This document shows positions 36,139 to 46,499 of a stretch of 64,000 nt of DNA, piece by piece (positions within the stretch are counted from its first letter, which is position 1; every line of letters begins with the position of its first letter). Source of the stretch: a virus; the IMG/VR virus record IMGVR_UViG_3300032116_000057, positions 32,001-96,000 of that record; one strand, 5' to 3'. The notes beneath the pieces are model-generated. The model was given only the letters and a program-made list of their open reading frames with translations. It had not been told where the DNA came from and searched no databases. The translations under genes were made by a program, and so were the position numbers.

Positions 36139-37348
36139 ACTCTTCAAACTTCCCTTCTTCCCAATCCCATAACAGGTCAGTGGATGCTGGCCCGCAGTTG
36201 CGACTTGCAACAATTTTTAACTCTCTAGATGTATCGTCATTCTCATCTTGCTTTTGTAGACCAAGGATTACATCTGAGTCCTGGTAGAACGAAGATGAAT
36301 ATCCAATGGCGTCCGCCGAAACTTGGCGCTTCTTCATCTTCCAAAGAAGAACCTGGGTAGAGATAACCATTGGAAGTTCTTTGGACATTGCTAATTTCTT
36401 TAAGTTACGGGTGACATTTGTAATAGATTGAGGTGTGTTAATCTCCCCCGTGATTTCATCTAACATAAGGTAAACACCGTCTACAAATACTATATTGGGA
36501 CGAAGCTTATCAATCTTGGCAGCAAGACCCGTAACCGTCATTGAAGGTACTGCGTCAGTTAGATAGAAGTTGTGCATACTTTCCATCTTTGAAAGTGCTG
36601 CTCTATATCGAGCTTCTTCTTGTTGATTTAAGGATCCACGAATCAAGCGAGAATGTGCAATCTTGGCACGCATTGCGTCGTGACGATGTTGTTGCTCAAT
36701 GTTAGTCATCTCAAATGATTGGAACATGGGTACGAAACCATCTTCGTGGACGTTAACTGCAATTTGCATTGCAAGGACAGACTTACCTGTCTTTGGTGGA
36801 GCAATAATTGTTACTAACTGGCCTGGCTGTAATCCGGCAGTAGCCTTGTCGATTGTAGGAAACCCGGTAGCCATACCAAGCAAACCGTTTGGTCTAGTCT
36901 TGATAGATAGATACTCATCAAAACGCTGTGATGCATTGTCCGTAAGATCGATATCACCAGAATCTTTTATGCCTTCGTCTGCAATCTTGGCAACGCCAAC
37001 ACTCATAGCAGCGATAGCTGCATCATGATCTCCGCCTTGAATTGCTTCTGCTGCAGCCTGTACTACATCAATAGTTTTTTGACGTTTACGATATTCAATT
37101 AATTGATCTAATAAATAATCCAGTGAATCATCTACAGCAAGTAAGTTATATGTAGGAAAGTTATCTTTTACAGTCACAGCTGTAGGAACTTCTTGATATT
37201 TAGTCCAATGATTTACTACGAAATTCCATACTGATCTATTGTCTTCTACAAAGAACCAGTCACCTTTTACACCAGCCTCAAGAAGTGGAGATATATCCCG
37301 TGTTCTAATTGCTCTAGACAGAAGACGAAGTTCATTATCAGCTGCCAT
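36107..37348 (-). CDS. dnaB: DnaB-like replicative helicase
   Basis: TGFPTID...GLQPGQL, APPKTGKS, SFEM, FVDGVYL and QDSDVIL motifs. Confidence 0.9.
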   Translation of the reverse strand: MAADNELRLLSRAIRTRDISPLLEAGVKGDWFFVEDNRSVWNFVVNHWTKYQEVPTAVTVKDNFPTYNLLAVDDSLDYLLDQLIEYRKRQKTIDVVQAAAEAIQGGDHDAAIAAMSVGVAKIADEGIKDSGDIDLTDNASQRFDEYLSIKTRPNGLLGMATGFPTIDKATAGLQPGQLVTIIAPPKTGKSVLAMQIAVNVHEDGFVPMFQSFEMTNIEQQHRHDAMRAKIAHSRLIRGSLNQQEEARYRAALSKMESMHNFYLTDAVPSMTVTGLAAKIDKLRPNIVFVDGVYLMLDEITGEINTPQSITNVTRNLKKLAMSKELPMVISTQVLLWKMKKRQVSADAIGYSSSFYQDSDVILGLQKQDENDDTSRELKIVASRNCGPASTDLLWDWEEGKFEEYGSLFGNTSI

Positions 37349-37755
37349 TAGATCTTCCCCCCCAGGTCTATAAACTTGCTGCCATATCGTAGAGCACGAG
37401 ATGGTATATCCACAACTCCGACAAGTTCAGGGCGGTAAGGCAGCTCAGCCACAAGATCGGCTACTACGTTATATCTAAGATAATAGTTAAAAGGGTTAGT
37501 ACCCAAATTGTCTAAATCTTCCTGGACTTGCTGCATTTCTTTGGTAGACATGTCAAAGCCTACAAGCTCCATGGAATAACCATATTTGTCAGCAAAGCGC
37601 CAGAATAAAGACAGCGCCTGTCTATTGTAAGAAACTTCTTCCCCTACTACAGGGACACCTAGGACCCGTTTGAAAGTGGGCTTTCGATCAATAATGCAAT
37701 CTAAAGTTACCACTACTCTCAAAGGAATCCCGTTAGAGATATCGCCCCCCTTCAA
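37348..37755 (-). CDS. hypothetical protein (possible degenerate HAD fold)
   Basis: ORF track; VVTLDCII at motif I position. Confidence 0.6.
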   Translation of the reverse strand: MKGGDISNGIPLRVVVTLDCIIDRKPTFKRVLGVPVVGEEVSYNRQALSLFWRFADKYGYSMELVGFDMSTKEMQQVQEDLDNLGTNPFNYYLRYNVVADLVAELPYRPELVGVVDIPSRALRYGSKFIDLGGKI

Positions 37756-37756
37756 G

Positions 37757-38053
37757 TTAGACTACCTCAATTTTTCCGTAATCAATTAGAAGTTGTCTAA
37801 ATACTTTTGGATCTTGACTTGCGGCAATAGCGTCTAGCTTAGACGCACGAGTAGAAAGATCGCAAGGATAAATTCCACCATTCCTGTTCATCTTAACTCT
37901 AACAAACCGCATATGTTTGCATTGAGCTCTTCTCTCAGAACCAGGACAATTACAGCGTAAAGTCTTACCGTCAGAGTTTAGTTCTACTTCGTGCACGCCC
38001 GTCTCTGACAGAAAGATCTGTAACACTTGCCAGTCATTCATTTTCAAGCCCAT
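37757..38053 (-). CDS. SWIM zinc-finger protein
   Basis: CNCPG...CKH. Confidence 0.7.
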   Translation of the reverse strand: MGLKMNDWQVLQIFLSETGVHEVELNSDGKTLRCNCPGSERRAQCKHMRFVRVKMNRNGGIYPCDLSTRASKLDAIAASQDPKVFRQLLIDYGKIEVV

Positions 38054-38721
38054 CGTCTTCTATCTCCCTTCTCTGATACTACGTCAATAGGAACAAAAGC
38101 TTCGTGGCCAAAACTTCCCATCGACTCACCATACATGTCATCCCACTTATCCAAAGAATAGTTGGTTGTGACTATCGTTGGCAAACCGGCGTTAAACCGT
38201 GCCCTAAGTAAAGCATCAAAAGTATTTTCTGCCCACCCTGAAGCGGTCCTATATTCTTTTCCTAAGTCATCTAGTATGAGCAGACAAACATCGTTTTCTT
38301 TGCCCGCCTCTCCATATAAGCCTTTGATAAGCAATTCAATAGAGTCGTCATCTTCAGACCAACTCATTTTTTGTAATCTTAATAGCTTTGGGTAATCAAG
38401 AAACATAACTGGTCTTCTTACAAAGCTAGTTGAGTTTCCCCAGACAGAAGACTCTGCTGTCAGTATGAGCTCCTGTGCTACAGCAGATGCCATCGTTGTT
38501 TTACCGTGGCCCGGGCTGCCCTGGAGTAGCAACCCAAGACCACAAGTCTTTTCCCCAAACGAACGAACTACAAGTTGTTTCTTTACTAAACCAAGCCACA
38601 TTGGAATTTGATTTGGTAAATGATCTAAATCCTCTAAACGCATGCCAATAGTTTTTGCAGGAAAGTTAGCATTATTAATTTGTGCTCTCTTACTTCCTGG
38701 TAAGCCCTCTAGTGAATACAT
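38044..38721 (-). CDS. DnaC/IstB-like AAA+ ATPase (helicase loader)
   Basis: GSPGHGKT, LILDDLGKE, RARFNAGLPTIVTTN. Confidence 0.85.
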   Translation of the reverse strand: MYSLEGLPGSKRAQINNANFPAKTIGMRLEDLDHLPNQIPMWLGLVKKQLVVRSFGEKTCGLGLLLQGSPGHGKTTMASAVAQELILTAESSVWGNSTSFVRRPVMFLDYPKLLRLQKMSWSEDDDSIELLIKGLYGEAGKENDVCLLILDDLGKEYRTASGWAENTFDALLRARFNAGLPTIVTTNYSLDKWDDMYGESMGSFGHEAFVPIDVVSEKGDRRRWA

Positions 38722-39740
38722 TACCCCTCCAGTAGTTTCAACATCTTTTCCTGATGTTGTTTCATAGCTTCTGCATCGCCCTCAGGTTGCTGATCGCGGT
38801 GCACAATTCCATGAACAGTTCCGTAGTATGCCACAAACCGACGCCACAATGGCTCACCGATTCCAGCATCACGAATTAATCGTGGATCTTTAAAGAACAT
38901 GCGAACTGCTTTTAGCATTCCCACATTTGTAGATCCTTCTCCAAACATGCGTAACATCCAGTTGCGTAGATGATCACGATTAATCTGCCCGGGAACTCCG
39001 GGAACATTTTCACGAAGCAAGTCATAAAACTCTGCGATGATGTCGTTAACATCCCAGTCCTCTTCAACACGTTCGTTACGGCGCATGTGTTTAGGGACTG
39101 CCTCAAACTTTGTGCGCTTGTACTTTGCGTTTAGTCGTGCTTGACGGTCTTCAATTTTTCCTACGGCGCCTGGTGTTGCGTCCATCTCCTTGGCGACTTT
39201 CTTCTTTGGCGATGTTGAATCTTCTTCTTCAAAAGGCCAACCCATATCTTCTCCTTCCCGTCCGTCAGGACCTAGAGATAAAGTACGTAGTACTTTATCT
39301 CTCTTTAAGCTAAGTGACTTATCGCTAGTATTAGTACTAGCGACTGTCCCACTATTAATGTATAGACTGCCTGAAAAACCGCTGACGGAAAACCCGTCAC
39401 TGGTTTTCTTTACATAAGGCATATTAAGGTCTTCTTCAGCAAACTTCCAATAGGTGCGGAATTGACCTTTTACTCGATGCTGTTCCATTTTGATATAACC
39501 AGCTAATTCAAGTTCTTTCATAGCGCTACGTATTGCGTCTCGTCCCTCATTAACATCCGGGCGATCCACAGCTTCCTCAGCAGATATGACTCTACCGATT
39601 TCTAAATAGAAATAAAAAAATCCCACGGCTCGTTTTGATAACCGCGGATCTGATGCGGGTGATTTCATAAGCCCTCCTTCAAAGGAGGACTCTAGCGTGG
39701 TGGGACCCTTGGTGGCAACTTGGGGGCTGGGGCGCTCCAC
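38721..39740 (-). CDS. putative replication initiator with N-terminal winged HTH (start probably ~39668)
   Basis: DPRLSKRAVG...EGRDAIRSAMKELELAGY pattern; upstream of the DnaC-like gene. Confidence 0.6.
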   Translation of the reverse strand: MERPSPQVATKGPTTLESSFEGGLMKSPASDPRLSKRAVGFFYFYLEIGRVISAEEAVDRPDVNEGRDAIRSAMKELELAGYIKMEQHRVKGQFRTYWKFAEEDLNMPYVKKTSDGFSVSGFSGSLYINSGTVASTNTSDKSLSLKRDKVLRTLSLGPDGREGEDMGWPFEEEDSTSPKKKVAKEMDATPGAVGKIEDRQARLNAKYKRTKFEAVPKHMRRNERVEEDWDVNDIIAEFYDLLRENVPGVPGQINRDHLRNWMLRMFGEGSTNVGMLKAVRMFFKDPRLIRDAGIGEPLWRRFVAYYGTVHGIVHRDQQPEGDAEAMKQHQEKMLKLLEG

Positions 39741-39952
39741 TCGTCTACCAAGAGGGTAAAGACTAGGGCTAAAAAGGCCGCTGCAAGCCCATAGACGGGC
39801 AAATAAAGGATCTTAGTATCCAGGACTAGGGCTGCTCCTATAGAGGCTATAAGAGCCACTAGACCGCGCCATTTGCCTATTGGACGTATTAAACCTTCTA
39901 TGGCAGACAGCAAACAGGCAGAAGCCAAAGCGGCTATAAAGACTGTTTCCAT
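39692..39952 (-). CDS. small membrane protein
   Basis: About three hydrophobic segments. Confidence 0.6.
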   Translation of the reverse strand: METVFIAALASACLLSAIEGLIRPIGKWRGLVALIASIGAALVLDTKILYLPVYGLAAAFLALVFTLLVDEWSAPAPKLPPRVPPR

Positions 39953-39960
39953 GGCGCCTC

Positions 39961-42603
39961 CTATTGACGGAATATTACCCTATCCACGTCGAATACTATA
40001 CCTGGGGCAGGAAGATCTGGAGTACATTCAATTTTAATGTCAGCTTTAGACGCCCCATAAATTTCAGCTTTTGGAGCGTACACGGAAATATACGCCCAAC
40101 GATTTAGTGCCTGTATACGTACTGTTTTAACTTTAGTTTGTAAAACAACATTTGACTCATCATAAAACCTAGCTTTTAATGTGTAGTTTCCAAAAGCATC
40201 CGCGTTTTCAGGTTTAATGGCTACAGATGCGTAATACCCCGAAAGGGTATCTATTAGTTCTATGTCACTATGTATTCCAAAAGTAGTTGCCGCAGTAGAC
40301 GTAACTTTTCCAAAAGCAACTCCATTTGTGGAGTACTCGTCAAATAGCGTTCCTCTAAATACTGCTCTAGTTAAAAGTGAGGAATCAGTATTCCACCCAT
40401 CAGTAGAGGATTCAAAAGAAGGAGACTGTAAAATTGATGGTGTTAATTCTGGAAATTTAGGGGTGGGTAATCCTGGTCTTAGTTCCCAGCTTGCAGCATA
40501 AGGAAGAACTAAACTAATAGTGTCTACTAATCTTGCAGCTTTAGCTGCATAATTAGTCCAGCGATAACTACGACCAGAGGATGTGGAGTCATTTTCCCAC
40601 TTACAATCGCTTGTTTCTATAACTTCTTCATTGATAGGATCAGCCGGAATATTTGCGCCATCTCCATCAAAGTATGTAGACTCTACTCCACTACGTTCTA
40701 GTTGTACTCCGTCTACATAAAAAATATCTCCAACTTCTGGATTAGTTAAAAATAAAGAAACTTTTGCTGACGGCGCTCCCGCGTCTATTACATAGGTAGG
40801 GGCTATAGCAGTTACCTGTACTCTAGTAGCAGAAGTTGATACTTCTTCTTCTATAGCCTCTACGTAATAAGAGCCTGTAGGGTAATAGTCCCCGTCCTCA
40901 TCAGAAAGAATTTGAGACTGATCTTCAGCAGACTGTAATGAAGAAAATTCAAGACGAGCTGTAATTTCTTTTGAGGACTGAGCACTAACATAAGCAGTAA
41001 ATGTATATGCTTGTCCGGCTCTTACCGGCATCCAATCACTTACTATTCCAGCCCTATCTGTAGTTGAAGCAACAAACTGTGCAGCATAAGAACCCCTATG
41101 GATTGCGTAAGCTGGCGTGGTTACCCTAGTCAAAGTGCCGTCGTGCGGTGTCCAAAAATTTGTATTATTTTCAAAAGACGGGTTGTGAATAAGATTAGTT
41201 TTATCTCCAGCTGCGTATATAAGAACTTTTCTTGCATCTTCAAACGTAGTGGTTCCATCAGCAACTGCAAGCTGCAACATGTCTATAAAGTATTCAACTT
41301 GATTGTTGTTATTTGTAAAGGTAAGGGCTATAGATGCATACGCCGCGTTATCCGGTGACAGTTGGCCATTTACTCCAGAGTCCGATTTTGATGCAAATTC
41401 TTGCCAAGTAGTTGTACCAGTTAGCGCTGTATTATTTGCTGTTGAAGATATCAAAGTACCTGCTCTGTCATACCAATTGATCTTTGCAGCAACTGATCCG
41501 GTTTTACTAGAGTCTTTTATTCTTAACCAACCAGTAAATCTATATCTAGTTGCAGGTTTTACAGGCACCCCGTATAAAACTTTATCTGCAGAGGTTGAAG
41601 GTAAATTAAGAACTGGAGAAGTGTTGTGTCCATGAATCCAACCAAACCCTATAGATCTAGGATTAAACCCAGGATTGTAAAACAGTTCTGGGCTAGGTGG
41701 ACCTATAGCTATACCAACTGTGGCAAAAGAATCAGAGTACTTTACCTGCGCAAAATTACCTACAGAGGTTACCCAATTTCCAATTGACTCTTCAAAAGAA
41801 GAATCATTATAATTTAAAAGAAGATTTTTACCAACTTCTATTTCTGGAACCCAGTGAGTAAGAGCGGTTACATAAGACTGTATAGACTGTGTGCTTCCTT
41901 TAGTTGCATTTACTTTTTCACTAACTCGGTACACGCTTCTGTGGTAAATGTCTCCCAAAACAGGTTCATAACTAAACCCACGTTCTTCTATTTTAGATTG
42001 TAATAGTTCAACGGGGGTGTACTTATAGTCCATTGATAACTCTAGTACCTTAGCTTCGGTTCTTAACTTATCGTACGCAAAAGCATACCCAGAAAGAACG
42101 TCATTTAAATAGGTGTCATCAGGCTCACCTATTTCGTCTCCTTCTATATTTAGCCAGGCAGCTGGCAACCACTTTTCTATTTTTACTAAAGTAGGGGTTA
42201 CTGACTCATCTACAATTACAGTTGAGGTGTTTCCGCAGTTAATCCAATCATCGCCGTCGAATATCCAAAGAGAATAGGTTACCTGTCTTCCTCCATCCAA
42301 AGGTCCATCTATAGCGGTAGTCCTATAATTTGAAATGGTTCCACTATCGACAATTGTCCCATCATAAGGATCATCAGCCGCACCGCTAAAATTTCTGTTT
42401 ATTCTCCAGTGCGTAACTGTTGCAGCTACTCCCGGACTTAATTCTTTTTCTGGGTCTGTTAATACAGAGCTCCAATATAGATAAACTGCACCATACGTAA
42501 GTGGAATAGCCCTAAGATTTCCGTTATAGTACGCACGATTGTTTTCTATCTGGCCATATTTAAGTCCAGCCTGTCCGTATACAACAAACGAATAACGACC
42601 CAT
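39961..42603 (-). CDS. baseplate wedge/tail protein with repeated carbohydrate-binding-like domains
   Basis: Tail_P2_I-like KGS..SI segment followed by three N/SPSFE...W CBM-like repeats; follows baseplate J. Confidence 0.7.
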   Translation of the reverse strand: MGRYSFVVYGQAGLKYGQIENNRAYYNGNLRAIPLTYGAVYLYWSSVLTDPEKELSPGVAATVTHWRINRNFSGAADDPYDGTIVDSGTISNYRTTAIDGPLDGGRQVTYSLWIFDGDDWINCGNTSTVIVDESVTPTLVKIEKWLPAAWLNIEGDEIGEPDDTYLNDVLSGYAFAYDKLRTEAKVLELSMDYKYTPVELLQSKIEERGFSYEPVLGDIYHRSVYRVSEKVNATKGSTQSIQSYVTALTHWVPEIEVGKNLLLNYNDSSFEESIGNWVTSVGNFAQVKYSDSFATVGIAIGPPSPELFYNPGFNPRSIGFGWIHGHNTSPVLNLPSTSADKVLYGVPVKPATRYRFTGWLRIKDSSKTGSVAAKINWYDRAGTLISSTANNTALTGTTTWQEFASKSDSGVNGQLSPDNAAYASIALTFTNNNNQVEYFIDMLQLAVADGTTTFEDARKVLIYAAGDKTNLIHNPSFENNTNFWTPHDGTLTRVTTPAYAIHRGSYAAQFVASTTDRAGIVSDWMPVRAGQAYTFTAYVSAQSSKEITARLEFSSLQSAEDQSQILSDEDGDYYPTGSYYVEAIEEEVSTSATRVQVTAIAPTYVIDAGAPSAKVSLFLTNPEVGDIFYVDGVQLERSGVESTYFDGDGANIPADPINEEVIETSDCKWENDSTSSGRSYRWTNYAAKAARLVDTISLVLPYAASWELRPGLPTPKFPELTPSILQSPSFESSTDGWNTDSSLLTRAVFRGTLFDEYSTNGVAFGKVTSTAATTFGIHSDIELIDTLSGYYASVAIKPENADAFGNYTLKARFYDESNVVLQTKVKTVRIQALNRWAYISVYAPKAEIYGASKADIKIECTPDLPAPGIVFDVDRVIFRQ

Positions 42604-42607
42604 TTAG

Positions 42608-43150
42608 TTACATTCCGGCTAGAAGGAAAGGGTCAAACCTAACTGCTTGGGCTGTTGCATATGCTTCGTTAGCGGTAGTGTTTAACGTGTTGTATTCAGA
42701 GCTACCCACGTATAAAACATTTGCTGTTCCAACCTTAGGTTGAGCATTTCCGTTTAGATTAAACCCAAGAGTATTGGTAGAGTTATATGCTTCAAATAAG
42801 TTGCTTGTTACCGTGGCTGAGCTATTTTTTAAAGTTAACGCAACAACGTTAGCTACAGTCATGTTATCCCCAGCCTTAAGCAAATATGGGGAAGTAGGAA
42901 CGCCATTTACCAAGCCACGTTCAATATTTGATATGCGCTCATCCAAAGAATTCCAAGAAGATGTAGAGGCAAACGTTCCTGTATAGTTTGAAGTTAATAA
43001 ACCATTAGTAGCATCAACTGTTCCATTAAGAGCAATTTCAATGGCACGTACTTCATCTTGTAGCGAGTTAATGTGATCAGCAAGAATGGTATCTTGAAGA
43101 TCTACTTTTGTAGTAAAGCTTCTTACCGACGTGGGAAATGAGGCTGGCAT
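42608..43150 (-). CDS. minor tail/baseplate protein
   Basis: A.HINSLQDEV.AIE motif; baseplate operon context. Confidence 0.6.
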   Translation of the reverse strand: MPASFPTSVRSFTTKVDLQDTILADHINSLQDEVRAIEIALNGTVDATNGLLTSNYTGTFASTSSWNSLDERISNIERGLVNGVPTSPYLLKAGDNMTVANVVALTLKNSSATVTSNLFEAYNSTNTLGFNLNGNAQPKVGTANVLYVGSSEYNTLNTTANEAYATAQAVRFDPFLLAGM

Positions 43151-43163
43151 TATTTTTCCTTTT

Positions 43164-44696
43164 CTAGGCTATTCCACCGGTTAGGTTGAATACAAGGTTA
43201 GTAGGCAGAAGGTATCCAAGTTGTCCTGCACTTAATGAGATTGTACCGACAGATGCCGCGTTAGTTGTATTGAACTTGACCAAGGTTACGTCTTCTACAC
43301 CTGGAATTAGGGCCACGGTAGAGATTACAGAAGACATAGTTATTGTTTTACCAAATTCACTATTCTCATAGGAGAACAGACCTCCAGCATTTAAAAGAGC
43401 TTTTGATATGTTCAGCTTTACAGCGGATTGTTTATAGGAATTGCTTATTGTTACTGCTAAGGTTAAGTATACGGGAACATATGTTGGGGCCTGTACGGTT
43501 ACTGTAGTTCCCACAGGAATTTTATCGTCTAAGTAGTTTTCTACTCTATTTTTTATTTCTGTCCATGAATTTGTAGCAACAGAGTTCACAATACCTGGAG
43601 TAACAGTTCCGTCGTCTTGTGGTTGCATATATAGGGTGATGTTTGTATATACCGCACCAATAGCTTTTGTACGACCTACCTGCGCCACTGTATTTGCTAG
43701 GTACTCAAAGTCAGCTAAAGTAATTGCTCGTTTTTTAGATATAATTGCGCCCTTAATTTTTTTTCTAAGCTGTGGCCCAGAATCAGCATCTGCTCCACCG
43801 ACAGCGGCAGATCCGTTACTTACTCCAATTAAAGAAAGAACTTCAGGATCTCCATTGCCAGGAATAAAGGTAACTTCTTCTATCTTATCAGCAAATATAT
43901 TTCCAGCTATGCCGATGCTTACTTTATAAAGTGCACTGATTAATTGGTTTGCCTGAGGAATTAATCCATTGACGCCATCTCCAAATATTACCGTGGTAGT
44001 ACCGTCTGCATTTAACCTTGTAGTAAACACCAAATCTCGTGGACTAGAATCTGCAAGAGACTCTACGTATGTCCACGGCGTAAAAGCGGTTCCTTGTCCT
44101 ACGTACACAACTAAGCTATTGTCTACAATTCCGGTGTCAAATAGATCAAACTCCTGAGCGGAGGATCCATCGGATGTTCCTACGCTTACAGGAAGGGGCT
44201 TATATGTAGTTGGGCTAATTAAATCTGGACGATCTGTGTTAACTGTTTTTCCTTCTCGTGTTAATACTGAGATGCTTTGTCCAGGTTGCAACGCAATTAT
44301 TGCCTCAACTGTTTCAAAATACACTTCGCTATAGTTACCTGTAGTTAGTGGGGCCATTACTTGAGTACCAGCAGGTAGGGTTACGTTAACATCTCCATTA
44401 TTTAAAAAAGTAACTAATAGTTCTGCGGGGGTAGGTCCTGAGGGTTTATAGCCGTAAAGTTCTGCAAATTTAAGGAGGGTCTCCGTCTTTACTGCCGTAT
44501 CAACCCCAGTTTCGTTTGCTACTCGGTCTAGGTAATAAGACATGATGTCGCCCATATAAGCAAAGGCGTCAAGAAGGACTGCCCCAAAATCTGACTCATC
44601 CTCAGCATCCCAGTTAAAGTTAGTTCGTTGGTTTATTAAACGAACTAAATCAGCACGCAAAGCCTCATAGTCTCTAGAGGTGTAATCTATTTGCAT
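43164..44696 (-). CDS. baseplate J-like wedge protein
   Basis: IDYTSRDY, YYLDRVANE, FGDGVNG, GGADAD and RAITLADF motifs. Confidence 0.9.
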   Translation of the reverse strand: MQIDYTSRDYEALRADLVRLINQRTNFNWDAEDESDFGAVLLDAFAYMGDIMSYYLDRVANETGVDTAVKTETLLKFAELYGYKPSGPTPAELLVTFLNNGDVNVTLPAGTQVMAPLTTGNYSEVYFETVEAIIALQPGQSISVLTREGKTVNTDRPDLISPTTYKPLPVSVGTSDGSSAQEFDLFDTGIVDNSLVVYVGQGTAFTPWTYVESLADSSPRDLVFTTRLNADGTTTVIFGDGVNGLIPQANQLISALYKVSIGIAGNIFADKIEEVTFIPGNGDPEVLSLIGVSNGSAAVGGADADSGPQLRKKIKGAIISKKRAITLADFEYLANTVAQVGRTKAIGAVYTNITLYMQPQDDGTVTPGIVNSVATNSWTEIKNRVENYLDDKIPVGTTVTVQAPTYVPVYLTLAVTISNSYKQSAVKLNISKALLNAGGLFSYENSEFGKTITMSSVISTVALIPGVEDVTLVKFNTTNAASVGTISLSAGQLGYLLPTNLVFNLTGGIA

Positions 44697-45091
44697 TACT
44701 GAGCCGCGCTTTCTATGAGTCCATTAGCGCCAAATACTGCGCTACTTATGGTAACAGAGGTAAGTCTATCGTTTGGAAGTGCCGCTACGATGGTTATATT
44801 CGCATAGCCTTCAGAACTAATTTCATCTAGGACTAGGCTAGTAATACGAAGTTCTGGAAGCCACCGATCCATAGCCTCGGTAATGGCTACCTTAGCAGCC
44901 GTATAAAAGTCATTATCGTTTTCAAACAAAGCGCTAGCTATGTCTGTGCCGTAGTCCGGATTCCATGGTCGTTGACCTTTGGGGGTGGATAGTAGTGTCA
45001 GCATCCTATCCATATAAATTTTAGACTCGGTGGTTACCGCCTCTAGTTTTCCAAAAAGGTCTAGGGTAAACGGGTAATTTATTGCTCTCAT
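44696..45091 (-). CDS. gp25/GPW-like baseplate wedge protein
   Basis: LLSTPKGQRPWNPDYG...FE...WLPE. Confidence 0.85.
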   Translation of the reverse strand: MRAINYPFTLDLFGKLEAVTTESKIYMDRMLTLLSTPKGQRPWNPDYGTDIASALFENDNDFYTAAKVAITEAMDRWLPELRITSLVLDEISSEGYANITIVAALPNDRLTSVTISSAVFGANGLIESAAQ

Positions 45092-45882
45092 GCTTTAGCT
45101 CCTATCCATACGGGAAATTCGGGATCTCCACCCTCAAACATAACCCACACATTTGATCCAATTTTAGGTACAAACTTTCCTACAAAATTTACTGAAGTAA
45201 TAGCACTGCCCGATAGAGCCGCCCCCGCAGAAGATCCTTGGCACCCCACCTCTAGATAATCTTTTGCTTTTAGTTCCAGGGTATAGGCAAGAGATACCTG
45301 GTGTATTGGAGCAGTTCCATTATGGTTGATTACCATATCTGTATGGTTACCGGTAACTGTACCCCCACCAGATGGGGCTACATGAGTATACGCCGTTATA
45401 GTGTGTTCGCTGATCCATCCTAAAGCTGTTACTGTTTGAGTGGTATTGGCTACGGCAATCCCGTTTTTTCTTAAAGATAAAGATATGTTGCTTTGACCCA
45501 AAGAGTTTTTTGTAAAAGTAGCTAAGGAGTTTATTAAATAAGTTCCTGTTTCAGGTATGACAATCTGTGTTCCATTCACAGTAATTTTATTAGCATTCTG
45601 TTTTGTCCAACCAGTAATTGCTGCTATAGAAGTTGTAATAGTCTGGGTAGACGAAGACGTAAAAGTTCCATACGGCATATTTACATCCGCAATTTTTCCT
45701 GTTACTTGGTCAAGCCAACCAGAGCTTTCAGTTCCAGTTACTTGAGGAACTTGAACCTTTATGCGACCCTTTTTAAGGGGATCAGTTACGTCCACAACTC
45801 TACCTGAGTACACTCCAAAAAATCTGACTCTTCCTAAAGGATCTTGCATATAGTTAAGGTCATTAATTTCTCTCCCGTTCAT
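45088..45882 (-). CDS. Gp5/VgrG OB-fold baseplate spike protein with internal insertion
   Basis: GVYSGRVVDVTDPLKKGRIKVQVP at N-terminus; PKIGSNVWVMFEGGDPEFPVWIG at C-terminus. Confidence 0.85.
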   Translation of the reverse strand: MNGREINDLNYMQDPLGRVRFFGVYSGRVVDVTDPLKKGRIKVQVPQVTGTESSGWLDQVTGKIADVNMPYGTFTSSSTQTITTSIAAITGWTKQNANKITVNGTQIVIPETGTYLINSLATFTKNSLGQSNISLSLRKNGIAVANTTQTVTALGWISEHTITAYTHVAPSGGGTVTGNHTDMVINHNGTAPIHQVSLAYTLELKAKDYLEVGCQGSSAGAALSGSAITSVNFVGKFVPKIGSNVWVMFEGGDPEFPVWIGAKA

Positions 45883-46499
45883 AGCACCCTGCTTGCTTTA
45901 GTAGCTTGCCAAGATGTGCTTCTCTTTACCGCAGAAAAGTCTGGTATAGAGTCTTGGTATAAATCCGGAGAGTTTACTGCTGGGGTTACCGCCGTATCTC
46001 GTGGCTTTATATTTACTGATTCAATAGGTGGCTTATATAACTCAGTATCATTTACAGAAAAAGCGTAATCAACTAATACGGACTCTGCTGGAACAATATT
46101 TTGTCCAGCTAATTCCGAATTAACATCCCTAGTTTCTACAGATTTGTAAGCTTTAGGGTTTTCTTCTCCAAGCACGTCGGTACCTAACTCTACTTCAAGC
46201 ATGTAGTTAGCAGGTATTCTTCCAAATCTATGAACAACTTTTAGAACTGTCCAGTATCCAGACATTCCGTTTGGTAGGCCATCAATATAAATTGGGTCGT
46301 AAGGACGTATTCCAGCGTTACCAACTAGCGTAGCTGTAGCTCTATACGCATATCGTTTAGTTTCTGCCAAATCATTGGCAATTGCTTTTGCTTCTGTTAA
46401 GCTTGTAGTAACTTCGTGCACGTGATGTTTTTTGTATTTTGCTTTTGGTTTACTACTAGAACTAACCTTAGAATACTTTGTAGATTTAGATGGCATCAA
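45879..46499 (-). CDS. baseplate hub, C-terminal part (gpD/gp27-like)
   Basis: ATLVGNAGIRP...IDGL...SGYWTVLKVVH motif. Confidence 0.65.
   Translation of the reverse strand: MMPSKSTKYSKVSSSSKPKAKYKKHHVHEVTTSLTEAKAIANDLAETKRYAYRATATLVGNAGIRPYDPIYIDGLPNGMSGYWTVLKVVHRFGRIPANYMLEVELGTDVLGEENPKAYKSVETRDVNSELAGQNIVPAESVLVDYAFSVNDTELYKPPIESVNIKPRDTAVTPAVNSPDLYQDSIPDFSAVKRSTSWQATKASRVL

Noticed and set aside
6122-37348. Inteins or introns in nrdJ, recA, polA, dnaB or the helicase
   Set aside because: All have normal lengths and continuous motifs; no homing endonuclease seen
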